DNA of 64,000 nucleotides from contig JAVJWO010000018.1 of assembly GCA_040222015.1 (NCBI GenBank), positions 31,048 to 95,047 on the forward strand, in the 5' to 3' direction. Under the pieces are notes generated by a model. That model saw nothing but the letters and a program-made list of their open reading frames with translations, did no database searches and was not told where the DNA came from. The translations under genes and the position numbers were made by a program. Source of the stretch: Coleofasciculus chthonoplastes F2-STO-03 (GTDB lineage: Bacteria; Cyanobacteriota; Cyanobacteriia; Cyanobacteriales; Coleofasciculaceae). The first letter of the stretch is position 1, and each line of letters begins with the position of its first letter. Shown piece by piece: positions 22,979-32,819 of the stretch.

Positions 22979-23611
22979 TCAACAATCCTTAATTACAATT
23001 TGACTTAAGCGCTTCAAAATTTTGAGAACGCTGTACAAATCTCCAGGGTTGCGAGTAGCTAACAAGTTTGATGTCGCGTATTTGGGATAGTCTTCCTGAA
23101 CACATTTGACAAATATGAACGTTCCTCCACTGGTAATCATGCCATAGCTAGGTTTTTCTGGATTGGGATTTCCTAGCATATACGCCAACATTTGGGCAAG
23201 TCCAGCTTCAATGGAATATGAGGCTCGTTTCGACTCGATAACCATGACCCAAAGCTGGTTTTTTAAGACTAATGTATCAATTCTTCCCCTGATAATTACG
23301 CCATCATCTTCCTCGACAATATCAATGGATTGTTCTGATTTAACGTAAAAGGGAGCCAGATAAAAATCACCGATGAAGAGAATAGGGTCTAAGACAGCCA
23401 TTCTCACCACATCCTCTAATAAGGGTGGATAGTTAAGCAGATTGAGATAACCCGCTTTTACTTTGTCTAATTGTTGTTTTTCGGAATCAGATAGATCGGG
23501 TAAATCTTCCTGCCACTCTGAAAAAAATAGGTTATATTCAACCAGTTGGAGTCCATGGTTTTCGATGAGATAACGTAAGTCTATATCTTGGGCTTGAATG
23601 ATTTGTACCAT
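22979..23611 (-). CDS. PD-(D/E)XK nuclease-fold protein (HsdR N-terminal-like)
   Basis: GRIDTLV...VIESKR...LAQMLAYM...YGMITSG. Confidence 0.75.
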   Translation of the reverse strand: MVQIIQAQDIDLRYLIENHGLQLVEYNLFFSEWQEDLPDLSDSEKQQLDKVKAGYLNLLNYPPLLEDVVRMAVLDPILFIGDFYLAPFYVKSEQSIDIVEEDDGVIIRGRIDTLVLKNQLWVMVIESKRASYSIEAGLAQMLAYMLGNPNPEKPSYGMITSGGTFIFVKCVQEDYPKYATSNLLATRNPGDLYSVLKILKRLSQIVIKDC

Positions 23612-23704
23612 AACGAGTTGGTGACATTTATTTGTTGACAAGATATTAATGTCGATCAAAGCCTAATTTTCAAGGGTTTCAGACGGTTTGTCACCCCTTA
23701 TGCC

Positions 23705-26329
23705 TTATGTCACGCTGCGAACTAAAATAACGGTACTCTTAACCCGCCGCGCGATCGCTTCAGGAATATTCCCCTGAATCATAAGCTGTAATAGCCCTTC
23801 CTGGCTTGCCCCTAAAACCACAACATCGCATAATTGGTCATTGGCTAAATGAGCTACTGCATCAGATACCTCACTAGCGCGAATGGGAATCCGGCGAATC
23901 CGACCAATCCGACCATCCATTTGCCCTTTTAAAAAGTCGCTAGCTTTTTCCATGGCGGTTGTATCGGTAACTGTATCTTCTGGATCAAAGACTTGGCATA
24001 ATCGAATATCGGGTGGCTTACTACTTAAGGAAATTAACGCGGGCAGAAATTCCAAAGCGCGTTGCGAATTAGGACCACCTGCGATGGGAATCAACCAACG
24101 CTGAAAGAAGGGAGGGATATAAGGCGGATGCATCATTTCACCCAATTTAACCACCATTACATCACAGGGCGCTTGTCGAATCACTGCATCCACTACCCCG
24201 CCAAAAATGCGTCCAGGGGTTGAGGTTGATCCTTTCCACCCCATCATCATCAAATTAATATGTCGCTCTTTAATGGTGTCTAGAATCGCTTGAGTAATAT
24301 CCTGACTCACCCGTATTTGAGTGTGAACGGGTATATTCCAATCTCGTCCCCACTTTTCCGCCTGACGTAATAACCGACGACTTTTTGTGGTTTGTACTGG
24401 CGTTTCTGCAGGAGACGTGCTGCGGGAGACAATAATTACTTGTAGACATTCCAATTCATAGTCGCGATCGCGGGCGATGGCGGCGGCGAGTTTAACTAAT
24501 ATGGGGGCGGTTTGGGGATTAGCGATGGGGACTAATAACCGTCCTCGTCCCGTTTCTGGCGATCGGGTTTGATAAACGACATAAGAGGGTTCTAATTGTG
24601 ATCTAGTCTGAGTTGTCTTACTATCAAGCTGATCCAATTCCGCCCGAATAATATCGCTGCGGGTAATAATTCCCAATAACTTACGCCCTTCAGTGACTGG
24701 GAGGCGACTGAGGTGGTAACGGTTGAGCAGATAAAGCACATCGACTAAACTCGCTGTCGGCTTCACCGTTATCGGGTGCGATGTCATAATCTCTGCTAGG
24801 GGTGTGGTTCCGGGGAACGGACAACGGGGCGGATTGCCTTGCATTTTTGTCGTCTGTGTAAGATCTGATTGACTAATAATCCCCACTAGCGTCCCTTCAT
24901 CTACCACAGGAAACCCTTGGTGCGTCGAACGAGATACCATCTGCAAGGCGTCATCCAGACTCATGTGCAGCGATAAGGTTTCCACCCGTCGTTGCATCAA
25001 ATCCTCTGCGGTTAACCCAACCAATGAACCCTTGTCTACTTTTTGAGTGGGGGAGATATACCCTCTCCATTCCAACAGACGCTGATAAAGTGAGCCTTTG
25101 GAGAGTTGATCGGCAATCAGGTAAGATACCACACAGGTGATCATTAACGGTAAAACCAGATTGAAATCCGCCGTAATCTCAAATATGATCACAATCGCGG
25201 TTATAGGAACCTTAGATACAGCACTAAAAAACGCCCCCATCCCTGCCAAGGCGTAAGTCGTCGGTTCCCCAACCCCTAAAAACGATAATTTAGCAACGCC
25301 CACCAGATAACCCAAGGCAGAACCCAAAACCAGTGACGGGTGAAATAAACCCCCAGGAGCGCCTGATCCATAAGAAACTAGGGTGAGAAAAAAGTAGGTT
25401 ACTAAAGCGAGGCTAGTGAATTGCCAACTTTCTGCGCCTGTAATTAACAACTCCCGCAACCCACGATTATTGCGAAAATCCGGGGGTAACAGAGAAACCA
25501 CACAACCACAGATTAATCCCGCTAGCCCCATTTTTACCGCCAAAGAGACATGAAAGCGGCGTTGTAGCGTCAATGAAAACAGAATCCCACGATTAAATAA
25601 GGTTGCCAGTAATCCGGCTAAAAGACCCAGGATTAAATAAAAGGGAATCTCCGGAGCAGAAAAACTACTGGTTGTTTGAGTTAGTTCCAGGTTCAGGTCG
25701 AGACTACGACCCCCTAAAATCCGGGAAATTACCGCACCGATAAACGAGGCGAGAATCGCTGTTCCTAGCGTTAAGCCGGAAAAATCATGGATTAATTCCT
25801 CAACCACAAACAAAATACCCGCAATTGGGGTATTAAACCCTGCCGCTAAACCCGCCGCTGAACCCGCCGCAATGAGCTGGCGTCGATGGCTCGGAGAAGT
25901 GGGAAACCAACGGCTAAACTGAGCCGCCAACGCTGCACCAATATGAACTGTGGGTCCTTGACGTCCCAGGGTCAGTCCTGCCGCGATCGCTAAAATACTA
26001 CTGACGAGTTTAACCAGCGCTACACGCAAATCTAGAGCGATGGGATATTGAGCAAGTGCGGCTTTAATCTGAGGAATACCACTCCCAGAAGCATCGGGTG
26101 CCAAATACTCAACCAAGAATCCAGACAGCGCTCCCAATACCAGTCCGAACGCGGGTAAAACTAAAAATGGTGGATATTGTTCAGAAGTTTGAACCCGCCA
26201 TGAACCGAGCCAACCAATACTGTGTTGGAGTAACACGGCGGATAGCGCAGAAACCACCCCAATTAAACAAGCTTCTGCGATCGCCAAACGTCGCTTGGGC
26301 AGTAACCATTGACGTATGGGATTGATCAT
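23705..26329 (-). CDS. ClC chloride channel/transporter with CBS pair and tandem USP domains
   Basis: GSGIP, GRQGP, FNTPIAGILFVVEEL, GGLFHP; CBS domains; USP motifs (LLVPIANP, WLIPIAGGP). Confidence 0.93.
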   Translation of the reverse strand: MINPIRQWLLPKRRLAIAEACLIGVVSALSAVLLQHSIGWLGSWRVQTSEQYPPFLVLPAFGLVLGALSGFLVEYLAPDASGSGIPQIKAALAQYPIALDLRVALVKLVSSILAIAAGLTLGRQGPTVHIGAALAAQFSRWFPTSPSHRRQLIAAGSAAGLAAGFNTPIAGILFVVEELIHDFSGLTLGTAILASFIGAVISRILGGRSLDLNLELTQTTSSFSAPEIPFYLILGLLAGLLATLFNRGILFSLTLQRRFHVSLAVKMGLAGLICGCVVSLLPPDFRNNRGLRELLITGAESWQFTSLALVTYFFLTLVSYGSGAPGGLFHPSLVLGSALGYLVGVAKLSFLGVGEPTTYALAGMGAFFSAVSKVPITAIVIIFEITADFNLVLPLMITCVVSYLIADQLSKGSLYQRLLEWRGYISPTQKVDKGSLVGLTAEDLMQRRVETLSLHMSLDDALQMVSRSTHQGFPVVDEGTLVGIISQSDLTQTTKMQGNPPRCPFPGTTPLAEIMTSHPITVKPTASLVDVLYLLNRYHLSRLPVTEGRKLLGIITRSDIIRAELDQLDSKTTQTRSQLEPSYVVYQTRSPETGRGRLLVPIANPQTAPILVKLAAAIARDRDYELECLQVIIVSRSTSPAETPVQTTKSRRLLRQAEKWGRDWNIPVHTQIRVSQDITQAILDTIKERHINLMMMGWKGSTSTPGRIFGGVVDAVIRQAPCDVMVVKLGEMMHPPYIPPFFQRWLIPIAGGPNSQRALEFLPALISLSSKPPDIRLCQVFDPEDTVTDTTAMEKASDFLKGQMDGRIGRIRRIPIRASEVSDAVAHLANDQLCDVVVLGASQEGLLQLMIQGNIPEAIARRVKSTVILVRSVT

Positions 26330-26383
26330 TGGTCATTGGTCATTGGTCATTGGTCATTCGTTGAAGAATTCTTGCACTCCATT

Positions 26384-26516
26384 GGGGCGGGTTTAGTGAC
26401 ATCAGGGTGAAAACCAAACGCCAACGGTAAAACCCGCCCCTACAAACAGGACAGGTTTTGCAGCCAATCTAGGGATAACAATCAATATTAGTCCCTAAAC
26501 TTGAAACTTGCCCCTA
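26384..26516. repeat. Two REP doublets, family A (second one degenerate)
   Basis: ggggcgggttt...aaacccgcccctac; ggacaggttt...aaacttgcccctac. Confidence 0.75.
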
Positions 26517-26611
26517 CTCTCCCCCAGCTTCCCCAGCGTTCGACTGAGCGCTCACGCCGAAGTCTTCCCCAGCTCCCCCTGCTCCCCCTGCTCCCTCTCT
26601 CTCCTAACGAG

Positions 26612-27940
26612 CTAAATCAAAATAGAGGTTTGCTCAGATGCGGTAACTGAGAGTCCTTCTAAAATTAAAGAGGGGGTATAACACGGACCATTCCATTCTG
26701 CATCTTCACCCAGGGCAACAATCTGCTTGAGGGCAGTGTAGACGTTACCCGCAACCATGGTGTCTTTTACCCGACCGATGATCATACCGTTGCAGACGCG
26801 ATACCCTAAATCTACATTGACAGAAAAGTCTCCAGATATGCCAGCTCCACCACCGAGGATTTGGTCGATCACCAATCCATCATCCAGTTGACGCAATAAG
26901 TCTCTTAAGGAGCCTTTACCGGGTTGTACCATGATATTGACTAAGCCTGGGGTGGGATAACTGCCTAAGCTGGGGCGAAATCCATTGCCTGTACTGCCAA
27001 CTCCCAGTAATCGCCCAATGGTGCGATCGCCATAAAATTGTTGCAACTGTCCTTCGCGAATTAATAATAGGGGTCGAGTCGGAGTCCCTTCGTCGTCAAA
27101 AGGACAGCTATAGGGACCCGTATTCGGTTGTTGAGATAGGGTAAGGTTGAGGGAACTGACCACTTGACCCAAGCGATCGCTCCAAGGGGAAGCGCTTTCC
27201 CACACCTGTTTCCCATTTAATGCGGTTTGGACGGTATCCCAGAGTAAATCAGCGGCTTTGGCGGTGAGCAAAATCGGGACTTGACCGATAGGGGGATAAA
27301 CATTATTCTGCGCCCAGTTGAGGCGTTGTAAAATTGATTGTACGACTTTATCGGAATTAAGCTGTTCCCGTTGGGTTTGACCATCAGATACGCATAAAAA
27401 GTCATCGCCGCGCACCCATTCCACCGAAAAAAAACAGTTGAGTGTGGTGTCGGTGTAATGACAATCCAAGCCTTGAGAGTTGATCAAGCGGGTGGTTTCG
27501 GCTTCACATTCCCATTCTGCCGTACAGAGGACGTCTGGATTCGCGTCCCGAATTTTAGTGATCGCTTCTTTGCCCATGACGACCAATTCTTCTACCGCCA
27601 CGGACTTGCCCAAGTCGGGATAACCTTCGGTACGTCCCGGTGTGAGTTCCACCGATTCCGATTCATTCAGAGTGCTAATGGCGATGGCTCGATCCACTAA
27701 GTCTTGGGGATTCACTGCACCATAAGCAACCGCCAATCCGGGACGACCGTTTTTCCATAAGCGTAGCGCCACCCCTTCTGATTGACTACTTTCTAGCCGC
27801 TTAAGGCGATTCGCTTCAAAGAGTACAGGGCGAGACAGCGATTGCGACTGATAGACCTCAGCATCCTTGGCTCCGGCTTTGAGTGCCAGATCTAAGAGTT
27901 GTTCGCAGGGCAGGGCGGGTGACAAATTCGGAGACTCCAT
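26612..27940 (-). CDS. pmbA: TldD/PmbA family protein (PmbA/TldE-like)
   Basis: PFDDEGTP, STGNG, SGDFS, MVAGN; no HExxxH motif. Confidence 0.85.
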   Translation of the reverse strand: MESPNLSPALPCEQLLDLALKAGAKDAEVYQSQSLSRPVLFEANRLKRLESSQSEGVALRLWKNGRPGLAVAYGAVNPQDLVDRAIAISTLNESESVELTPGRTEGYPDLGKSVAVEELVVMGKEAITKIRDANPDVLCTAEWECEAETTRLINSQGLDCHYTDTTLNCFFSVEWVRGDDFLCVSDGQTQREQLNSDKVVQSILQRLNWAQNNVYPPIGQVPILLTAKAADLLWDTVQTALNGKQVWESASPWSDRLGQVVSSLNLTLSQQPNTGPYSCPFDDEGTPTRPLLLIREGQLQQFYGDRTIGRLLGVGSTGNGFRPSLGSYPTPGLVNIMVQPGKGSLRDLLRQLDDGLVIDQILGGGAGISGDFSVNVDLGYRVCNGMIIGRVKDTMVAGNVYTALKQIVALGEDAEWNGPCYTPSLILEGLSVTASEQTSILI

Positions 27941-28008
27941 AATGTTTAGGGTTAATTATTCTGTTTATAGTTCCGGCTCATGGTGATAAACCCCGAACCC
28001 ATTCAGGG

Positions 28009-28872
28009 CTACGTTAATTCTTGCAACAACCAAAATCCAGCAAAGGTTTCTGAGGTTGGCGTTGACTGCACTGCAAGAAAATGTATGGACTGGGCGTTTT
28101 CTTTGGCAGATTCAAAGCCTTCAGCTTCCGCTAGGGTTTGAGCATCGGTTAGGTTGGCTAAAGCCCAGCTATCACTAGCACCCGTTTCCAGTAATAGCCG
28201 GGGAGTGGCACCTCCCTGAAATTTAACAAACGCTAGTTCTAAACCTGACATCCATGCGGCTAAGGCTTTGGCGCGATCAGAGAAAATAATCATGCCCGGA
28301 ATGCGCGTATCTGGAGCCAGATCCATCATTGACAGGGGAAAAGCTTCGCCAAAGTCAATGTCCCACTCATCCATATCAGCAAATGCTTCGGCTTCCAAAC
28401 TAACCAATGCCCATTTTTGTCCCTGGATGGCATCGGGTAAGGGTTGAGGAACCTGAGGTTGGTAGCGCACAGAGGCAGAGGCGGCGGCTGAGGACTGATA
28501 TCCGGGTTGATGGGGATAAACGTCCTTGATCCGGTGGTTTAGCCAGTGATCAAGCCTGTATGTCCGACGACTGGCGATCGCGGGAATGCCTAACTCTTGG
28601 CAGGCTTTAGTAATCATGTTGTTCATCTGACGCCGGAAAAAGCGAATTTTTGTCGGTGTTTGTCCCGATGCCGCGATCGCTTCTTCTAGGGATTGCCGCA
28701 ACCATAAGGAGTTGACCTCCTGGTTGGAACAAAACTGCGCGTACTGAAATAATTTGTCCGTGGATTGGTGGATGTTTAAAGGACTCTGACAGATTAAGAC
28801 TTCCCAGAGCTTCTTCTGATTGTCATCCAATATTGGACGTGAATAGAAATCGAGTTCCCAAATAATCGTCAT
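28009..28872 (-). CDS. Tab2/Atab2 family RNA-binding protein
   Basis: IWELDFYSRP...KKLWEVLIC...VNSLWL...HFLAVQ...FAGFWLL. Confidence 0.92.
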   Translation of the reverse strand: MTIIWELDFYSRPILDDNQKKLWEVLICQSPLNIHQSTDKLFQYAQFCSNQEVNSLWLRQSLEEAIAASGQTPTKIRFFRRQMNNMITKACQELGIPAIASRRTYRLDHWLNHRIKDVYPHQPGYQSSAAASASVRYQPQVPQPLPDAIQGQKWALVSLEAEAFADMDEWDIDFGEAFPLSMMDLAPDTRIPGMIIFSDRAKALAAWMSGLELAFVKFQGGATPRLLLETGASDSWALANLTDAQTLAEAEGFESAKENAQSIHFLAVQSTPTSETFAGFWLLQELT

Positions 28873-28894
28873 CTCATTCGATGTATTGCGTTCA

Positions 28895-29239
28895 CATGAA
28901 AGTCTGGGCAATTACAGACTCGTGCTTTCAACACCTCGACTTCGCTCGGTGTTGACCCTGAGCGAAGCCGAAGGGTCAACCTGTACGCATAGGGGTTGCT
29001 TAATTGGGCTTGCGCCCCTCCCGGAAACGGGGTAACGTTTGCCTCGCATAAGTTATGCCTCGGTACTTTCTCTAACACACGCTGTTTAACCCTTTAAGCC
29101 TTTTTAATGCTGGAGTAGGTACAGACGTAGCATGCTACGTCTCTACAACGCTTAGACATAACGTAGACCGCGTAGGTCTTAGGCTGGTCAGGTTGCGGCT
29201 CAATTCCAAGCCCCCGCCTTTAGGCGTGGGGTTCCTGAC
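28895..29239 (-). mobile_element. Non-autonomous IS200/IS605-type element carrying a degenerate HEARO/IscB omega-RNA scaffold; iscB ORF absent; interrupted by two REP-like hairpins
   Basis: Minus strand: GTCAGG..CCTGAC terminal stem, CCCCACGCCTAAAGGCGGGGG hairpin, CAGCCTAAG, CTACGTT, GTTATGTCT/AGGCATAAC pairing, GGTTAAACAG, GCGAGGCAAACGTTACCCC, then ATGCGT with no iscB-like continuation. Confidence 0.7.
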
Positions 29240-29256
29240 GCCAAGATGTAATCTAA

Positions 29257-29420
29257 CCGCTTCTAAAAACCTGATCAGATCTATACAAAGATCGTCACAT
29301 CTAGGCAAAACACAGCGGTGTATGTTTATACGAGCGTTCGTCCCAAGTGCGTCAAGAGCTTCCCTGTTGAGGGTTGACCAAGGACTCCCAGTTAGAGATA
29401 CCATAATAGGTGTGCCTACT
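29257..29420 (-). ncRNA. Putative omega-RNA / right end of the TnpB-related element
   Basis: Position 3' of the nuclease gene; short repeated TAGAT motifs and terminal ...TTTTTAGAAGCGG similar to the ...TATGTAACGG end at 7191; boundaries inferred. Confidence 0.45.
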
Positions 29421-30806
29421 ATGAATAGAACACTTGAGTCTATTATTCAGTTGATGCCAATAGCTCCATACGTGCTTGCTATCGTTCACCGATAGATAGG
29501 CGGTTATGGAGCCTGGTAATTTTTCCCCTAATCTCATCCCACGACGGGCGATCACCAGTGCCGCCGCTTCATCACTAGCTAATCCATACATCCGGGCATA
29601 TTTGACGCCTCCAATCAGACTGCTATAGGCTGGATTGACTGTTTTCACTTCTATGCCGCGATTATTCAATATGGCGGTCAATAACTTGGAGAAACGACTA
29701 TAGGCCCATCCAGACAGCATTCGGGCATATTTGCGTCTGTTTTCCCTGAGTTGGGTTTTCTTGCCCGAAAAGTCTAATTCTTCACACACAATCGGGCATT
29801 GGTAGGCAATTGCCATATCCAGTAGCCGGAAACAGACCTGTCTAATCGCAGCATCCTGTTTACCCCGTGGCTGTCCCATCTCAATGGGGATTTGACCATG
29901 ATGCTTGAGATTGCCATCCCTGTCCACATAAGACCATCCTACTGAACCGGGATTGAGGTCTATCCCAATACACCCATAATGGATTGACCTGGATACCTGC
30001 TTAACAGGTGCTCTTGTAAACTGTACTGCTACACACCACTTGTTATCCTTTCGGTAAAAATACCATGTTTTAGCACCATCTTCTGGTAGTCGATTGACAT
30101 TTCTCTGGAAGTCCCCTATCTGGGATGAGACATACTTCCCGAACTTTTCCTCTAAACAATAGGGAACACGCCACCTGATTGTTTGCCCATCCCACTGGCA
30201 AGCCTGATTCCCAAATGATTCGTCTTTGGCTCCCACTACATAAACTTGTCCTTTGGGGATAGTTACCCGAATGGGAGCCGCTTTTAGGTACTCAACCTGC
30301 TTCTGGTAGTGGTTTAGCTTGCGCTTTTTGTTGTGCAGTTGAAAACGTAAGTTTTGCCAATTGCTCTGCCGATACTCGATAGAGCAAGCTAATGGCAATA
30401 CACACCCCGACTTACTGGCTTGCCAGTTTTTCTGGCGGTAAAACTTACGGGCATTCTTAAGAGAGCGTTGAGCCTTTTTAATCCATGCTGCACAGGATTT
30501 CGTTTTAGCCGTCAGTACCTTAATGTGCCGTTTACGGTTCTCTCTTGCCGCATCTACCGCGCCTTGGGCAAAAACTATCACACCATTAGCGTGACGTTTG
30601 TTTATACCGTAACTCTGCTGTAGATATCTGTTCCACCTGGACTTGTTGAATTTTTCACTTGAGAGGAGATGATTGGCTGTCTCACACCCGCAGACATGGA
30701 AAATAGCTGAATATTCCGATAGAAACATTTCTAGTCGGGTTTTCCCTAATGGGTTAAGCTCCCAAGCTGGTGTAGGTAATCCCTTGCAGTATGTAAGTGT
30801 AACCAT
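29352..30806 (-). CDS. tnpB: TnpB-related RNA-guided RuvC nuclease (IS200/IS605/IS607 accessory protein)
   Basis: RuvC-I GIDLNP, RuvC-II VCEELDF, NPAYSS, RuvC-III SDEAAALVIARRG; no CxxC zinc finger; no adjacent tnpA; start 30806 or 30830. Confidence 0.85.
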   Translation of the reverse strand: MVTLTYCKGLPTPAWELNPLGKTRLEMFLSEYSAIFHVCGCETANHLLSSEKFNKSRWNRYLQQSYGINKRHANGVIVFAQGAVDAARENRKRHIKVLTAKTKSCAAWIKKAQRSLKNARKFYRQKNWQASKSGCVLPLACSIEYRQSNWQNLRFQLHNKKRKLNHYQKQVEYLKAAPIRVTIPKGQVYVVGAKDESFGNQACQWDGQTIRWRVPYCLEEKFGKYVSSQIGDFQRNVNRLPEDGAKTWYFYRKDNKWCVAVQFTRAPVKQVSRSIHYGCIGIDLNPGSVGWSYVDRDGNLKHHGQIPIEMGQPRGKQDAAIRQVCFRLLDMAIAYQCPIVCEELDFSGKKTQLRENRRKYARMLSGWAYSRFSKLLTAILNNRGIEVKTVNPAYSSLIGGVKYARMYGLASDEAAALVIARRGMRLGEKLPGSITAYLSVNDSKHVWSYWHQLNNRLKCSIHSRHTYYGISNWESLVNPQQGSS

Positions 30807-30893
30807 TGATTCGACCGGGTCAATGTTCAATTATTGCTTTATTGTATATCGGTTTTGACGCTTCCTTGCTGCGGATGAAATACTTATTCATTA

Positions 30894-30967
30894 GGGAAGC
30901 TGGGGAAGCTGGGGAAGATGGGGAAGCTGGGGGAGCTGGGGGAGCTGGGGAAGCAGGGGGAGATGGG
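30894..30967. repeat. 9-mer tandem repeat (GGGGAAGCT)n; related arrays at 14523-14565 and, inverted, 26520-26595
   Basis: Read directly. Confidence 0.9.
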
Positions 30968-31043
30968 CAAGATAACGGATCAGATGTTAAGAACGCGGTA
31001 AGTTAGAGGTAAGGGCTCTATCCATACCTGTAAATCACTAATC

Positions 31044-31823
31044 ATGCCTGTGAATCGAATTGTCCTATTATGCTTGGTTGGAGGCGGACTGGCTATATTT
31101 GTTTTGTCAAATTTGTCAGCCCCCGTCAAGTCTCTCGTATTTTTGGGAATGCAAACGGTTGCATTGCCGCTGACGGTATGGATAGGATTGGCGATCGCAC
31201 TCGGCATACTCACCAGTTTAGTCTTACAGTTGCTCAGTTTTCGACCCAGGAGGGTTCAGAGGTTTGATCGCGCCGCCCAACCATCGCCTCCAAATCGCTG
31301 GCGATCAGATGTTGAGTTTGAGGAGGAGGAACCTGAACCCGAGCAAACTGAACCAGAAATGCCACCTCCATCACCCCCTCCATCACCCCCACCCCCACCC
31401 CCACCCAAATCTTCCCCCTCTGCTTCCGGTTCGGATTGGGATCAAGCTGTTGCTCCAGAGTGGAACTTTGAAGGAGAATCGGCAACATCCATAGAGGACG
31501 AGTTTGACTGGGATGAGTTGGAGAGTCAGCCAGAGGAAGAGGTGTCAGAGGAAACAGAGCGCAGTATCGGAAGCGATTGCAGTAGTTATGAACCAAGTCA
31601 AGAACCCAGCCGCCGTTCTCAACCCGACTCGGTTTATTCCTACAGTTACCGGGAATCCAATCAGTCTAAATCGAGGATTGGCAAATCTGAGGCTGTGTAT
31701 GATGCTAACTATCGAGTAATTACCCCGCCGTACCGCCAACCCCCACCTCAAGCGGAACCGGAGGATGAGGATGAAGATGAAGACTGGGGATTTGAGTTTG
31801 ATGATCAAGGCAGAGGTTCGTAG
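31044..31823 (+). CDS. Membrane protein (LapA-like N-terminus) with Pro-rich/acidic disordered tail
   Basis: Two N-terminal TM segments; polyproline tract; VYDANYRVITPP. Confidence 0.75.
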   Translation: MPVNRIVLLCLVGGGLAIFVLSNLSAPVKSLVFLGMQTVALPLTVWIGLAIALGILTSLVLQLLSFRPRRVQRFDRAAQPSPPNRWRSDVEFEEEEPEPEQTEPEMPPPSPPPSPPPPPPPKSSPSASGSDWDQAVAPEWNFEGESATSIEDEFDWDELESQPEEEVSEETERSIGSDCSSYEPSQEPSRRSQPDSVYSYSYRESNQSKSRIGKSEAVYDANYRVITPPYRQPPPQAEPEDEDEDEDWGFEFDDQGRGS

Positions 31824-32019
31824 CTGAAACTCGATCAATGAGCTATTGATTGTTACCCAGCTTGTAAATGGTAAACTTGGTCACAAATTTGGTCAACAAA
31901 TCAATAAAAAATTAATCCCATTGTAAATTTATCGGCAAATTCTTGGTATGCTGAAAAGTATAATCAGTCTCAACAGTCGATAGCAAGTTTCCAACACTAT
32001 CAAATCAGGGAGAGCGCTC

Positions 32020-32391
32020 ATGAGACGCTACACACTCGTTGTTTTAAGCATCACTACTGCGGTCTTTGGCTTAGTCCCCCTTGTCCAAGCTCAGTCCGAC
32101 TCACCGTTTAGCACTAATGACAATTCGGTTACGTTATCCGGTGAATCCCTACGGACTGTACAACGTCGCAGTCTATCCAACGATTACCGTTCTTTCTTTA
32201 ATACCAACTCGCCCATTTCTCCAGATGCAGTCGGAGTGAATTCTGCGGATTCACGCTTTGCCATTAGCGATCGCCTACGCATTGTCGTTGGAGATACCCT
32301 CAACTCTGGTGATCCCCTTGACCTATTTCCGGCTGTGGGAGAAGAGGGAGATGTTCAGCGACTCAAGTTACAAGTGCCGCTCAGGGAATAA
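32020..32391 (+). CDS. Hypothetical secreted protein
   Basis: Signal peptide ending VQA; RBS GGGAG. Confidence 0.7.
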   Translation: MRRYTLVVLSITTAVFGLVPLVQAQSDSPFSTNDNSVTLSGESLRTVQRRSLSNDYRSFFNTNSPISPDAVGVNSADSRFAISDRLRIVVGDTLNSGDPLDLFPAVGEEGDVQRLKLQVPLRE

Positions 32392-32601
32392 TTAGTCATA
32401 ATTATTCTCAAATGACATCCGCAAAGTCGCGCAAAATTATTTGATAACTATTGCCGATGTCATAGCCGTAAAAAATAGAAGACAATTAAGAAACAACTCC
32501 AACACAAACAACTAATCTGGGCTAGTACGGTGAGAAATGATCCTGATTTCTCAAGTCTACTAGCCTATTCTCTTGGGCAAAAGGTAAAGGGTAAAAGGAA
32601 A

Positions 32602-32724
32602 TAAGTAGTCGGACAAAAGAAAGTTGACGGTTGAAATTAGGGGACTCTTAACAGGGATCAGTAATAATTTGAGGCTTGTTAAGATTTCTTAGTACAGCGG
32701 GCAGAATTTATGTCCAGGTACTTA
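32602..32724. mobile_element. MITE-like element (TAAGTA..GGACA / TGTCC..TACTTA); related copy at 47290-47411
   Basis: Imperfect terminal inverted repeats; two copies in the window. Confidence 0.65.
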
Positions 32725-32819
32725 CAAGATTTAGTTTCTAAATGATACCCAATCCCATGACAGCGGTTTTCAAGTTCGTGAAGTACGTTATTTTTATCAT
32801 TTTTTATTATTCATGAGAT

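Noticed and set aside
28869..29495. Short ORFs across the omega-RNA region
   Set aside because: They run through structured repeats and show no IscB (RRXRR/HNH) or other protein motifs
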